Assembly (NCBI GenBank): GCA_964016885.1
Contig: OZ024745.1
Location: forward strand, 40,052,001 to 40,116,000
DNA: 64,000 nucleotides
Reading direction: 5' to 3'
From: Eledone cirrhosa
Lineage: Eukaryota
This document shows, piece after piece, positions 1-14,377 of this stretch. Under the pieces are notes generated by a model that searched no databases, was not told the origin of the DNA, and saw only the letters and a list, made by a program, of their open reading frames with translations. How positions within the stretch are numbered: position 1 is the stretch's first letter; each line of letters starts with the position of its first letter. The position numbers and the translations under genes are program-made.

Positions 1-66
<66 letters not shown>

Positions 67-560
67 AACGAGAGAGAAAGTGAAATTAAACATACACAGA
101 CAGCATACACATATATATAGAGACTAAGTTAATCCAATATATTAACTAAATTATCTCCATCATTGTTCAGAACGGACAAAATAAATGAATGAAAGGAAAT
201 ACCAAAGTTATTTATATATGAATAATATGAAAGAAACAAATACAAATCTTTAACAATTTAATGAAAGCAATAAATGTCATTTACTGTAAATCATATCTCA
301 TTAAGTATTGTTGTTTTTATTATTAACACGTTCTTTTTACCAAGTTTCATATGGGAGAAATTTTTTAATTTTATCAGTGTGTGAGAAAGACACAGCAAAT
401 TGATATCGACAGTAAACACATATATTTGAATGTATTATCATGTATGTCTCTTTTACCTTCATATATATTTTGAAATATGTGTAAGATTAATTTCAAAATA
501 TTTCAAGCTAACTTCACACACATTGTGTCACACACGCACGCGCACACAAATATATATATA

Positions 561-673
<113 letters not shown>

Positions 674-2139
674 ATGTGTGTGTGTGAGTGTGTGTTAGCT
701 ATATGTTTATTTTTACATGTAATGTGACGAAATAAGGAGTAAAATGTGCGTCTTACATACCTTCTATTTTTTTGTGGGGGCCGGGGGTAAAGCATTGATT
801 TCACTGGTCATTTATTCAAATAAACCACTCCTGGAAGTCTCATGTTTGGAATTGAGATAGACATTAGCGCATTTTAAACCATGGATGATGTTGTTTTTTT
901 GCGTGGGTGCAAACACAACATTTGCTTGACCAATTTGTGTTTGAACTACATATTTTATAGATATTTATTCAGTAAAATAAAACATCCGTCTATAGGTAGT
1001 AAGCCAGGTCTGACCAGGGGAAATATCTAACACTTCTTGGAATTGAAAAACAAATAATAAGTGAATATGAAAATATAAATTTAAATTAGAAATAAGTACA
1101 ATAAAATAGAAAATAGGGAAGGACAACTGAAGACAAAAGAAGTATAAAAATGAAATAAAATAAAGAAAAAAATGGGAAACATGTGAAACTGTAAAGCAGC
1201 AAGGTGGTTCTGTTGTTGAATCTTTTCGAAACCTCCTTGTATTATAAGATTTTGATAATAAATCGGTTATCTTTTACAAAATATGGGTATCTCTTTTTAA
1301 CTGAGCGGCTACAAAACGTACTCTTTGTCAGGCTGATTGTTTTACGTTGGCACGAAAAGTACCAAATTGTTTCTGGAAAGTCCCTACAAGAACGTTGAGG
1401 TAATTCTCTTTGACCAGTTTTGGTAAAATGTAAGTCAATGGTATATGCCCAGGTTGAAGTCAGCGTAGTCTTATTTTTATTATCATTGCTTAGTGTCTGA
1501 TGTGATTTAGATATTGTCATATCCGGTTCAGAAAGTGGAAGATTGGTATGTGAGTGCGTATCTCTAGATTCTTCCAGAATACAGAGCTACTTTGGGGCGA
1601 GTGTTTATGTTCTGACTCCATCTAAACGCATAAGAGCAGCATGGAATTTGATAGCTCAAGTGTTTTGACTCCGATTGAGACGTCCCCAATCACCTCAATC
1701 TTTCAAGTGCACCATTCATCTCTTCTTATCTCGCTTTATCAACTCCCTCCGATAATGCCATCAAAATGTGTTTCCCCACACACTCAGACGCACAAACACA
1801 CACCCACACATACACACACACACACACATATATACTGTATATATATAGGAAAATGTTTAACCCCGCCGGCAGACCTCCTTCGTTATATATATATAGTAAT
1901 AATAATAATAAATGTGAAGAGTAAAATCCGAAGAGGGCTCGATAAGGATAATATATATATAACATAATATATATTTTAATAATTATATATATATATATAT
2001 AATATTTACGTTTCGAGAAAGAGAAAAGGAGGGATAGGTGATACATGTAGTTATTTGCCAAATAGCGTATGCAGACGGTGCTCAATACTAGTGCCGGCAG
2101 TGTTAAATATTATAAGTGTTAATATCTAGTGGGGGAGAG

Positions 2140-3065
2140 AATTAGCAGAGCGTAAGCACGTGGAGAAGTAAAATACAGGAGAACTGACCGTTAAAACATG
2201 TATATTTAAAATAGCTCGAATGGACTTCTCAAGGGCATAATAACATAAAAGCGTTCCTTACATGACCGGAATGACTTTTTAGAGATAAATTCACGTCAGA
2301 GTTCATTCTTCGTAAAAAAAACATGTTTTGATTTTACTGTAGGTCAAGGGAGATTACTCTGGCCTGTGTTAAGGCAGTCTTTCCCGGACAATTGTTTTAT
2401 TCGATACAAGCATGTGGTTACTACCTTACCATTGCCGATACGCACTGGGTCAGGTACGTAACGTTTATTTCGAGACGTTTGTTTTCTGCGCCTGTTCGCC
2501 TGGGTCGATTCATGCGGGGTCTGGGATGCATGGTTGGTTTCCGGATGTTTTTAGCAGCGCCTGCCCGCCGGGATGTTAAGGCTTGGTGCAGGGAGACCTG
2601 GCTTACGGTTTCACTTCTCGTTCTTATTCCTTCTGAAGTAGGATATTTTTCAGCGTTGTGTACAGCCTATCGTCGTTTCAGCTCTGCTGTTGATGAACTC
2701 GTGGAGTGCCGTTATGATGTGGTAGAGCTCCATGAGGCAAAGCTCGCACTTCCTCCTGAAGTCGTACGGTGCAGACGTGACGACAATTTCCCAGCGCGTG
2801 GAGAAGCTGATGTTTAAGTATTTTAATACTGTGACGTAGTTCGCGAGCGAAGTGGAGTGTCTTAATTTCTTATTTGCGAAAGAGTGGAGATGTGTTCGAA
2901 ATCTAATTTTGAACGGGCCAGAGGTAGCCCCTATATAATGTTTAACGTTATTATAGTTAGTTACGGTGCACCTATATATAACCCTATCAGTCAAGCAGTT
3001 TCCCCTAATGGGACAGCGAACTACATAACAGCATTAAAAGACTTAAACATCAGCTTCTCCACGTC
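2140..3065 (-). mobile_element. 5'-truncated Penelope-like element (Naiad-type GIY-YIG end plus 3' UTR/pLTR) with a short inverted 5' segment
   Basis: ORF 2650-2994(-) reads VIYRCTV..KHYIGATSGPFKIRFRTH..HSTSLANY..CELCLMELYHI..NSRAE..CTQR, near-identical to the C-terminus of 54181-55092. Bases ~3015-3065 repeat ANYITALKDLNISFST on the + strand (inversion). The 3' region matches 55100-55480. Confidence 0.9.
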
Positions 3066-3552
3066 TTAACAAGTAAACTATATAAGTAAATATACAGTAA
3101 ACTATATAAGTAATACCTAAGTGAATACACACACGCAAGTGTACAAATAAACAGCATACACAATCAGACATTTTCACAATTATATTTACATTAAAAAATA
3201 CAGAACTGTAAACACTACATTTAATGCTCCTAAATAAGAAAACACCAAATTTATTTTAAATTATGATTACCTTACTAGTAATGCACTGGGGCGATTCAAT
3301 CTACTTTCCGCTCGTCAAAAACGTCTTGACTTTTGCCTGAATCAGAAGCCATTATTATCTTCATTGCATCTGACGCGATCTTGTGAATTAAATAACGATG
3401 GCTCTCATAGTTTTCAAGAATGATAACCGACACTAGCATACATAGTGTCTGTCTGATCTATGTAATATAGGCTCGGACCCTTACTTCGAAAGCAACAATC
3501 TCGAAAAAAAAAATATATATATATATATGCAGCATTGTGTAATGAAGTATAA

Positions 3553-3942
3553 ACGTTTGTATATGTATAATAAAGCCAAAACAATGCAGGTATGGACATA
3601 GAATAAAGAATGCAAATGCAAAAGATATTGTTGACAATTAGTCTTTTACCTTATATTTATTTAAATGTCCTTAATTTTCGAGATAATATCTCTTCTTCGG
3701 ACGAAGTAAAGCGATTAAACCAGTGTTCTAAATAGCTTGCCAAGTCATACTGACAGGAAATGGTATAGAACACTGGTTTAACCGCTTTACTTCTCTCCGA
3801 AGAAGAGATATTATCTCGAAAATTAAGGACATTTAAATAAATCTAAGGTAAAAGACTAATTGTCAACAATATCTTTTGCATTTGCATTCTTTATTCTATG
3901 TCCATACCTGCATTGTTTTGGCTTTATTATACATATACAAAC

Positions 3943-3944
<2 letters not shown>
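3553..3944. repeat. Fold-back palindrome (~178-bp arms) next to a (TA)n tract
   Basis: 3553-3730 is the near-perfect reverse complement of 3766-3944, with a ~35-nt spacer. Confidence 0.9.
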
Positions 3945-3981
<37 letters not shown>

Positions 3982-3982
<1 letters not shown>

Positions 3983-4624
3983 TAGCAGTGGTACTCGGCG
4001 TTGCACGGGATAAGGTATTTTGGAACGTGGGCCGCCATCAGACCTAATCGTGGAAAAACTGCATGCCTGGACAATATGTAAAGAAAATAAATCGAAAACT
4101 CTGATGGCTGGATAATCATTAAGATTGTTCTCGATGAAGCAGGAAAAATGCAGGTTTTCACCTAATGTAGGCCCTTGGGGATCAAGAAAATGAATTTTTT
4201 GTTATGTGCATAATATGCCTTGAAATTTCTGGAAAATCAGCTACATGTAACGTCTTAAAAATGCCCTAAAAAGCTGAAAAAATGAAGTTTTTCACCTAAT
4301 GCAGGCCCTAGGCCATTTAAAAAGTTGGATTTTCTTTGCTCAACGGTATGAAGAAGAGACTGAAAAATACATCGTTACAATTTCAAGGAAATCAGTCTCC
4401 CGTAACGCCTCAAATGACCTCTAAAAAGATGAAAAAAAAACGCAGTTTTTCACCTAATGTGGGCCCTAGGGGATCAAAAAGTTGAATCAAAGTGCATAAC
4501 ACTCCCTCAAACATAAGTAATACACATGTGAAATTTGAAAAAAAAAATCGGTTGGGTACTTCTCGAGTTTTAAGGATTCAAACTCACAGACACACACAGA
4601 CATTTTCAGCTTTATATATATAGA
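3982..4624 (-). mobile_element. Non-autonomous Helitron-like element
   Basis: Minus strand starts TCTATATATATAAAGCTGAAAATGTCTGTGTG and ends with hairpin TATCCCGTGCAACGCCGAGTACC followed by CTAG, between A and T. Three internal repeats of TTTTCACCTAATGY-GGCCCT (~4155, ~4288, ~4447). Confidence 0.75.
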
Positions 4625-4672
4625 TATATTATTAATACAATTATTACACACCCACACACACACACACCCACA

Positions 4673-4703
<31 letters not shown>

Positions 4704-4704
4704 T

Positions 4705-4740
<36 letters not shown>

Positions 4741-4808
4741 CATAGATAAAAAACTCACGTATACAAATGTATATGCCTAAACGTACACACACACGCACAT
4801 ATATATTT

Positions 4809-4915
<107 letters not shown>

Positions 4916-5402
4916 ACATACATATATAGAAATACACTCATACAAATATATGCGTTCATATGTATGCATACGTGAGGTTTTGTGTATCAAATTAATGAGA
5001 CGGAATCTTTTGAAATCCCCACCGCCATATAACTCATTTCATCATTGCAAACTGTCAGACTCAATATAAATAATACAACACAACGTTGTCAGTGTGTAAT
5101 TTAATTAATTCATTGTGGTTACTGACAGAATAATTTAGTACTTTGAGTCTCGTTTAATGTTCTCTTGTTGCTTCTTGCCTACCCCCACTGTCTCTCACTG
5201 CTACGCGTAGCAATGGAATTTAGTGTTGATATAACATGAAAATACAAATCAATGTTTGCATTAAGTTTATAATCTTGATATTATGTCTATTGAGTAGAAC
5301 TTCTAGAACAGAATTGAACACATGCGTACAATGCTATTATTTTCGAAGATTTATATATATATGTGTGCGTTTGTGTGTGTTTGTATGTATTATATATGTA
5401 TG

Positions 5403-5534
<132 letters not shown>

Positions 5535-5990
5535 AGTGGTAGAACACTGGAAGCTAATATCCGGAGTGGTAGAGCACTCAGTCCAGGGAACGAGTTAGGT
5601 AGATGTGAATACACAACAGTTAGTAGACCATACCGAGAACAATTGTTTCACCTTAGTGGATTCTCAACTCGTAATGGACATGCTTATACAGAACAGGAAG
5701 GACAACCGTACGAATGCGTATGCGCAGAAACCGTCACTTCACACAGGCAATATTAAAAAGCGTGCGAGAGGTGTAAGGGAGATAACTGCGAAAGTCCGAA
5801 CAATTTCTAGTTGATAAGAAAATTAGGATGTTTTTGTGATTCAATCCGGAGCATTGTAGTTATGTAAGAGGTGTTTCGAGACGTGTGGACACCGTGTGAA
5901 GAATTCAATTTTAGTGTTTATGCAATCACTATTACATAATCTCATTAGAATATTTATTCGTTCATCAATACATAGTCCACACCATATATA
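5535..5990 (-). mobile_element. Penelope-like 3' fragment (GIY-YIG C-terminus plus pLTR)
   Basis: Minus-strand peptide CINTKIEFFTRCPHVSKHLL resembles the LNSR.E...C.H terminus of Naiad-type elements. HHR motif at 5634-5671. The 3' part recurs at ~45200-45320. Confidence 0.6.
5634..5671 (-). ncRNA. Minimal type-I hammerhead ribozyme, U3-A8 variant
   Basis: Minus strand: CGAG UUGAGAA UCC-ACUAA-GGU GAAAC AAUU GUU^CUCG. Stem I CGAG/CUCG and palindromic stem III ACAAUUGU. Confidence 0.7.
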
Positions 5991-6275
5991 TATATAAATA
6001 TATATATAGATAGATAGATACATACATACATAATACATACGTATATATATATAAAATCAGGAGAGGTTGATAACTGCAGCAGTGGACAGGAGAGTCCGGC
6101 GAAATGAGTGCAATAAATCCAACAGACCAGAGACCACATATATATATGTGGTCTATATGACAGAGTCTGCCACTCACGTTTAAGATCTGTTTAGCCACCG
6201 GAGATGCTGCTCCAGCCGACGTGAAGGCTGGAGAGTATCCATGGTGAGCCTTAACCGAAAGAGGCCGTAAAAATA

Positions 6276-6382
<107 letters not shown>

Positions 6383-6392
6383 GATATATATT

Positions 6393-7630
6393 TGAAAAAA
6401 AAGGAAAAGAATGGTTTCACTTGCAGTGTCAACAAATGTTATGATTTAATGTTATAATATAATATTATGAGTTGGTAGATCCGGTAAGTTCTTCGTTAAC
6501 TTCGGTGGGAAGAATTTTAGAGATTCCTGGTTAACTTGGATTGGAGAACTTTCTCGCATTCGTCTGCCTGTAGCGCTTGTCAAACTGAGATCAGGTTGTG
6601 TTGAAATGTGTAACTATATATACGAGAGATTTGCTTGTGTTTGGGGTGTGGCGTGTGGTGTTAATGAGTATTGATGATGATGAAGGTTCAGATGAATTAA
6701 AGTATACATACACACACACACACGTACACACACACATACACACACAGATATATATATATATACTGAGAAAAGGGTGAGGTTGTACGATAAGGGTGTTTGA
6801 GAAGGTGGTCGTAAACATACTCTCCTGCTGGTTTTATTTGATTAGCTGACCTTTGATGAGTATATAATGGCATAGCTGAATCAACTCTCCCAAATCTATA
6901 AAGAATATCTTCTACAAATTTCTATATGAAAGATGAATATAGGTGCTTGTCTGGGTTTTAATGAGGTGTAAGATACATGTCTTTGGGATGACAGGAAAAG
7001 GAGCAATGAAGGATAGTTTGGGAACATTTGTCAAAAATGTGTTGTTGTAACATGGCAAAACGCATCTGCACCGTTGTGACACGCCCCACACTACAGGAAA
7101 AATGATTATATGTATTAAAAAATATTATCAACACAGCCCTCTCCAAAGACCAGAACATCCCAGTGACAACACTGTGAAAAACAAAGCAGCAAAATAGAGT
7201 GAAAAAAACAGTTATCCCTTTTGTCCTCACACACTATCCAAGGAACTTCAACATTGTGAAAGCCACCAAACAATACCTCCCGATTCTCCAGCAGTCCCCT
7301 AAAATGAATGCAATAATAAAAGACGCACAAATTATATATAGTAGACGCCAAGCACCCAACCTAAATAAACTGCTTTCAAAGGTAATATTTACGTCTAATA
7401 ATGAAGCAATGCAAGTTAAGAAATGCGAGGACCCTCAATGCGAACTCATTGACAGACGAATGCGAGAAAGTACTCCAACCCAAGTTAACCAGGAATCTCT
7501 AAAATTCTTCCCACCGAAGTTAACAAAGAACTTACTGGATCTACCAACTTATAATATTATAATATTATAACATTAAATGATAAAATGTTTAACACTACAC
7601 GTGAAGCCATTCTTTTCCTTTTTTTTAAAT
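6393..7630. mobile_element. Rearranged Penelope-like (Neptune-type) fragment bounded by ~180-bp inverted repeats
   Basis: 6393-6567 is inverted relative to 7452-7630. + strand peptide VIPFVLTHYPRNFNI..IIYSRRQAPNLNKLL..KKCEDPQCEL is a PLE thumb-endonuclease linker with a Cys motif. Minus strand ILHCSFSCHPK is a PLE thumb motif. Confidence 0.7.
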
Positions 7631-7662
7631 ATACCTAACTGTACCAAGAATCTCACACATTT

Positions 7663-8024
<362 letters not shown>

Positions 8025-8066
8025 TCATTTATTGTATTTAGCCATTAGAGCGAAATTTTCTTTTTT

Positions 8067-8175
<109 letters not shown>

Positions 8176-8207
8176 TTACTAGCGTGGAAGGTGGACGTTA
8201 AACGAAT

Positions 8208-8248
<41 letters not shown>

Positions 8249-8464
8249 ATATTATATTAAATTATATTATATTATATTATATTATATTTTATTATATTAT
8301 ATAATATTATATTAGATTAGATTAGATTTTAAGCACGTAGATGACTAGTTAAGGTATTGTAATTGGTAGAACTCGAATTGTCCAGCGTTAAGCACCCAAC
8401 ATCCTAAAGCAGCCTGGTTTACACATAAGTGTCCAGGTGGATTATGTGCATAGAATATATATGT

Positions 8465-8514
<50 letters not shown>

Positions 8515-8788
8515 GATAAGTATGCATAATGGGTTTTTACAAAGATATAGTCGAAATTTTCCATTACAAATGTTCTGACGCAGCCAGATTAATAAAGGTA
8601 GGGAGTGGTAAAGTTAATACTGGTCCTAACGCATGCATAGAAACCAGGTTCTTAAAATGTGTTCGGTGATTGAAAAGGTGAGCAATGTTTTATTCTTACC
8701 TCTCTGTGTCTGTTTAATATCTGTTTCTATCCTAGTTGCGTTGAATTTATTTTTTGTACAAAAACACTGATTTTCTCTCTGTATCTCA

Positions 8789-8830
<42 letters not shown>

Positions 8831-8855
8831 TCCCTCCCTCTCTCTCAATCTCTCC

Positions 8856-8901
<46 letters not shown>

Positions 8902-10782
8902 TGTTTATGTAGGCGATATATATATATATAGAGAGAGAGAGAGACAGAGATTGTGTTTTCCGTGACTGTGTGTGTATATCTGTGTCCTTGCGTATATTTA
9001 TTGAAACCTCTATAACAAAGTTTCACAGACAACATCGTTTTATGTCTATGTTTATACTTAAATAATATTACTCATGTTTGATTATTACACTTTGAACGTT
9101 ATCATTGTGAAGATACATCTGATTATTTTATGTTTATTTTATGTATATATAGGAGAATATAATGAGTCTGAATTCTCTCCAATTAACGGAATTAAAATTT
9201 TAGACTGATTACACTATATAAAAACGACAGACACATAATAGCAGGGCTTATGAATAACTAGAAATACACCGACAAATTGACACCACAAAACATAGTTTAA
9301 TTATATAGTGTTCAGGGTTTAAGTTGATACTGATCTTGTAAAAATCATTTTATATGATATATCGTTTAATGTATTCTGATTTTATATAATCGTTAATGTT
9401 TATTCTATATTGGAATGGATTTTATTCATCCACTAATTATTTTACCATATTTATTTTAAATATCATTATGTCGATGTCATTATTATCCGCCCATAAAAGA
9501 CACATTTTACTACTTCTGATTATTTAATTGAAGCATTATGTAATTAGGGTACTTCGAAATTCTAATTCGCCCAAGTGCAAGTAATGACTTAAAACCTTTA
9601 CTTGATATAACTCACATTTCAAGTAAAATCTACAAATATATAAAATAAGGATTTCCCATTTCAATTCCGATTAATTTTCATGAAAAATTCTTTATCAGAA
9701 ATAAAAATATATATTTAACTATTTATAAAGTAAGATTTCCTTTTGTCTATTAACCACCCCATTGTAACAATTCTCTCCGGCAGACATTAAATACTAGCCG
9801 TTGCTACCAGGTATTGCATTTTTCGGAAAAATGACCACTGAAGTGTAAAACAGTCAAAAGCATTGATTTCTTGTACAGTAAATGCATCTATGGTATAACA
9901 TTTATACCATATTATCGTAATTAACATAATCACATTGCAAGTATATACGTAGATCCATATATAACAAAGAAGTCCCTTCCTGAACACCTTGAATCACTTT
10001 ATGCCATTCTTGAGTGTGTGAGTGTGTGATTGCGTAAGAGTATAACCCTTTATAATATAAGTGCTAACGTAAAAAACGCTAACGTAAAAAAAATATGAAT
10101 TAAGCATCATGTCTACACAGTTACGCATGCTATACAGTCATCATTGCGATTTGCTTTCAGTTTGGACTAACGAACAACTCAATTTTTTTATTATTCTTAT
10201 ATAAACTTGGTCGAGAAATCTCATTTTATTGTATTTTATCTTATGCTGTGATCTCTCTTTCTGTTTCAATCACTGGGATGAGCGTTTATTTTATGCATCG
10301 ATAACCTTGCCATAGCCAGTATACGGCTTGATGAACAGGATGTGTGTCAGCTTTTCAACTATCATTCAATGTCAACTGTTCGAACATATAAATAAATATA
10401 TATACATATATAGACACACACACACACATATATATATACATATGCATAATAACAATATTTGTTTTTGCGGTAGGCGTAATATGGAAGTTAATGAGGCAAT
10501 TCAATGGTGTTATTAGTCCTAATATATTGCCACATTAAAATTAACGTACAAGAAAATGTAATGAAATTGAAAATGTTATTGGCGTATGTTTATAGAGTGG
10601 GAGGAATAAATCAATTTTTATAATCCTATTTACGTAATGTTGCGTAGATCAAACCAAACTTAAATACGGGTGGAGGAATTGAGCTAAATATGTATTCATA
10701 CATATACATATATATATATATACATACATATATATACGCACACACACACACACACTCAAACACACTCACACGTACACACACG

Positions 10783-10813
<31 letters not shown>

Positions 10814-11299
10814 ATATATATATTATATATATAAATATAAGAGTGTACGTTTGCGATTGTGCCTGGGTGATGAGTGCAATAACATTCAAGTATACTGTAT
10901 TTAATTCGTTCATATTCCTTTTAAGATACGAATAATGTATATAACCAGGTGTGTCAGTAATCCTACGCTGATTCTTTTTCTGGATCTACCAAATAACACC
11001 TTCGTAACGCTACTGAATTGTTACGCCCAAACTCTTTATTTTTTCGGAGCAGGACGTCTAAACATACTATGGTCAGCCCCAGACGTTGGTCTCACATTTT
11101 CCATACACGAACAATCTCATCATAATTGAAGTTTTACATGTTTGAGTAATAAATGATTCTAACATGGCATGGCGTCTTTGGATTTAATGGAATTGTAGCT
11201 ATGAATTGAAGTTGGCTTAGGCTGCTTTCACTATGCAAATCATTTTACCTTAGCATCATTAATATCTATTTTCAACAACCTGGAAATTTTAACGCGACA

Positions 11300-12620
11300 T
11301 GAATTCCCCTAACCTCATAGTTTGGCACATGACTGGCTACGTCATCACAAACATACCTGATTTAAAAGAATTAAATATCACTTATATAATGCAGTGCTTC
11401 GTCATAACATTTGATTCAATTTTATCAAGAAAAGGCATCTTCAAATGATACATATTTCCCCAACCTTATTTGGGTATTTCGAGATCAACTGAACGAAGGC
11501 TGGATTTCTGAAGATATTGAGGTTTCCTAGAAAGTGTTCAAAGGCGCTACATATGTAGCCTCAGTAGAACACTTAGAAATTCTTGTAAAAAAACAAAAGG
11601 ACTGTTTTAATGAAAGCAACTCAGATTTCCAGAAACTTGTCAGCGATTTGTATAACCTATCAGGATTTGGATTGGAGTTGAACAATCAACAACTAAAACA
11701 ATCCTCAAAGATGGAAAGCAGAAAGCACAGTCCTTTCATAAATGGATGAACTATGACAAGTGGGCAGCTAACGCAGTAGAACGATGAAAGGAAATAATGG
11801 CATTTTATAATAGTCGGAAGGTGGTGTATCATCTGAGAGAGAGGAAGACAAGTCCAGGTGTCTCCTTTGATGGTATAACTCTATACATAGACAAAGCTGC
11901 GATAATCCTTCAATGGAAGGATCGTATTCTAAAACGTCGATGAAGATGTTATATCAACTAATCTACAAAGACCAGACATATTTGAATTTGCATTCAATCT
12001 AAGTTTGAATGAAGAACCAGCTACTATCAAACAGTTGTCATCCAATAAATCTCTGGCAAAGGTTGTATCTCACCTTACATTTTCTAATATGGTGGTGGAA
12101 AGCTCGTTCGTCACGTTCTTCGACACTTCATGAACATTTGATAGGTCGAACCTGTCCCTCAAGACTTCAGAGATGCATCTATTATTCGTCTCCCCAACAA
12201 CAAATGCTATATGTGACATGTGTATTTTTTTAAAGAATTTACCTGCGTCATTCGCAACACAATTATATCCAAACATGTCCATATCTACACTGAAATCAAT
12301 GTGGCATGTGCACGGGTTGGGGTACGATTGACATAATCTTTCTTCACCAGGTGGCAGAGTTGATGCTTGAAATGAACCAGGAGTTGGTTATAGTATTAAA
12401 GGCTTTGACACTGCCAATCGTAAAACTATCTGGCAAATCATCCAAACATTTGGCAATATGTTGATTGACATCATATTTTTTAATGAGGGCTTGGAAGCAT
12501 CAATTATGTCAAATCAGGTTTCCCGTGAACCCTTTGGTGTCACAACATGTATGAGTCAGGGTTGTGTTATGGCTCCAGTTATCCTTGATTTGTTCTTCCC
12601 TGTAACGTTCAGAACCACTC
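11300..12620 (+). pseudogene. Old degenerate RTE-BovB-like LINE fragment
   Basis: Remnant peptides KKQKDCFNESN (cf. RKHQDWFDEND) and EPFGVTTCMSQGCVMAPVILDLFF (RT motif GVKQGCVLAPTLF), with many stops. Confidence 0.65.
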
Positions 12621-13143
12621 GGTATGCACACATACAATTCTTTGAAGAAACGTGATTGATCTATTTCTGGGTTTTTTTATGTATTGTTGTTTTCCTAAAT
12701 GTCGTTTCGCGGTGCTCTTCAGGAGAATAAAATATTCTTTCTCTTAAACCTTGTTGGCTATAGTGGAGTTATAATAGGGGTTGCCTTGTCGAAAATGGGT
12801 TTATTGTATGAAGAGTTAGATATCCTCTTCCTCGTCTAATTAAAGACGCTAGACGAGTGGCAGGAATTGTTGCGAGTGTATGTAAGTTTTCGTTTAGTTT
12901 GTGAAAATGTTTCAGTTTTTGAGAGGTGACAGAATTTGACATACAGACATATGACACTAGTTAGATTGGTGGCTAATGCATATCTTAATCCAAGACGGTT
13001 GAATGTGAATATTAGGTTTTGCCAGAAGGCGTAGAGATCCTGGGCAATTTTAGAGGTACATAAGACGTCTGACGACCTGAGAGTGTCTGTTAGAACATAA
13101 CAATGAAACAGGTGCATATTGGAAATAAACTAGTGCCTTAAGG

Positions 13144-13207
<64 letters not shown>

Positions 13208-13582
13208 AGTGTTGAACAAACGAGCAACGATGGTTGGTAGACACTACAGCTTAATACGGGCTGTTTGTTTACAAACACAACGAGCATTATAATAAATGTT
13301 CGGTGAATCTATACGTACATATATATATGTGTGCATGTATGTATATATATATATATATACATGCTACTGTACGTCTGTATACATATATGTATGTACGTGT
13401 AGATACTTATATTTAAGTAACAGCCGTACTAAGACTGGGAAATGAAATTTCGTTTCATTTTTTCCGTTTATCGTTTTGGGTGCACCCGGCCGATTAACCC
13501 ACTCGATATGCAAATTGGGCTACTCAGCCGTTAATATGCATAAGGTAAGTATATACGTTCAACAATCTGGCAGGAAGGTATA

Positions 13583-13623
13583 CGTTGCTGACGATAGCTA
13601 ATAAGCTTGAAACTAGTACAGCG
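13583..13623 (+). ncRNA. Type-I hammerhead ribozyme (family A)
   Basis: CGUUG CUGACGA UAGCU-AAUA-AGCUU GAAAC UA GUA^CAGCG. Intact core, stem I CGUUG/CAGCG, palindromic ACUAGU stem III. Confidence 0.85.
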
Positions 13624-14002
13624 TTCCTTTGTCAGTGTTGAATAAACGAGCAACGATGGTTGCTAGACACTACGGCTTAATACGGACTGTTTGTTTACAA
13701 ACACACCGAGCATTATAATAGATGTTCGGTGAATCCATACGTACATATATATATGTGTGCATGTATGTATATATATATACATGCTACTGTACGTCTGTAT
13801 ACATATATGTATGTACGTGTACGTACTTATATTTAAGTAACAGCCGTACTAAGAGTGGGAAATGTAATTTCGTTTCATTTTTTCCGTTTATTGTTTTCGG
13901 TGCACTCGGCCGATTAACCCACTCGATATGCAAATTAGGCTACTCAGGCGTTAATATGCATAAGGTAAGTATCTACGTTCAACATTCTGGCAGGAATGTA
14001 TA

Positions 14003-14043
14003 CGTTGCTGACGATAGCCAATAAGTTTGAAACTAGTACAGCG
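14003..14043 (+). ncRNA. Type-I hammerhead ribozyme (family A, weakened stem II)
   Basis: CGUUG CUGACGA UAGCC-AAUA-AGUUU GAAAC UA GUA^CAGCG. Confidence 0.7.
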
Positions 14044-14159
14044 TTCCTTTGTCAATGTTGAACAAACGAACAACGTTGGTTGCTAGACACTACAACTTAA
14101 TACAGGCTGTTTGTTTACGAACACACCGAACACACCGCGCCTTCGCACACACACATATA

Positions 14160-14357
14160 TTAGAGAATTGGATTCACAATCTTGAGATTGTGAGTTCGAT
14201 TTCTGGACCGGGCGATGCGTTATGTCCTTGAGCAAGGCACTTTATTTCACGTTGCTCCTTCTACATGGAGTTGCGACAGATAGATAGTATTAGCAACTGG
14301 AAAGACCAATGGAAACATTGTTTCCTCGGTCCAATATGACGAAAGTCGATCGTTCTT
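14160..14357 (+). mobile_element. tRNA-derived SINE (family S1)
   Basis: B-box GAGTTCGATTTC followed by TGTCCTTGAGCAAGGCACTT (V/CORE-like domain). Copies at 15910-16125(+) and 31450-31670(-). Confidence 0.75.
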
Positions 14358-14377
14358 TATATATACATATATATACA

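Larger units (their letters stand above)
13205..14130 (+). mobile_element. Tandem ~420-bp HHR-bearing repeat (retrozyme-like family A), ~2.2 units
   Basis: Units start GTCARTGTTGAA at ~13205, ~13631 and ~14051. HHRs at 13583-13623 and 14003-14043. Homologous to 32385-33800. Begins immediately after a (TA)n tract. Confidence 0.85.

Noticed and set aside
1240-1720. Possible CR1/L2 LINE 3' remnant on the minus strand
   Set aside because: Only a faint resemblance (KSTFCSRSVKK), too weak to call.
6060-6275. Two HHR-like stretches (TTGATAA..GAAA; ATGGTGA GCCTT..GAGGC)
   Set aside because: Cores are incomplete and there is no stem I. The same applies to ~19340, ~40750 and ~57020.
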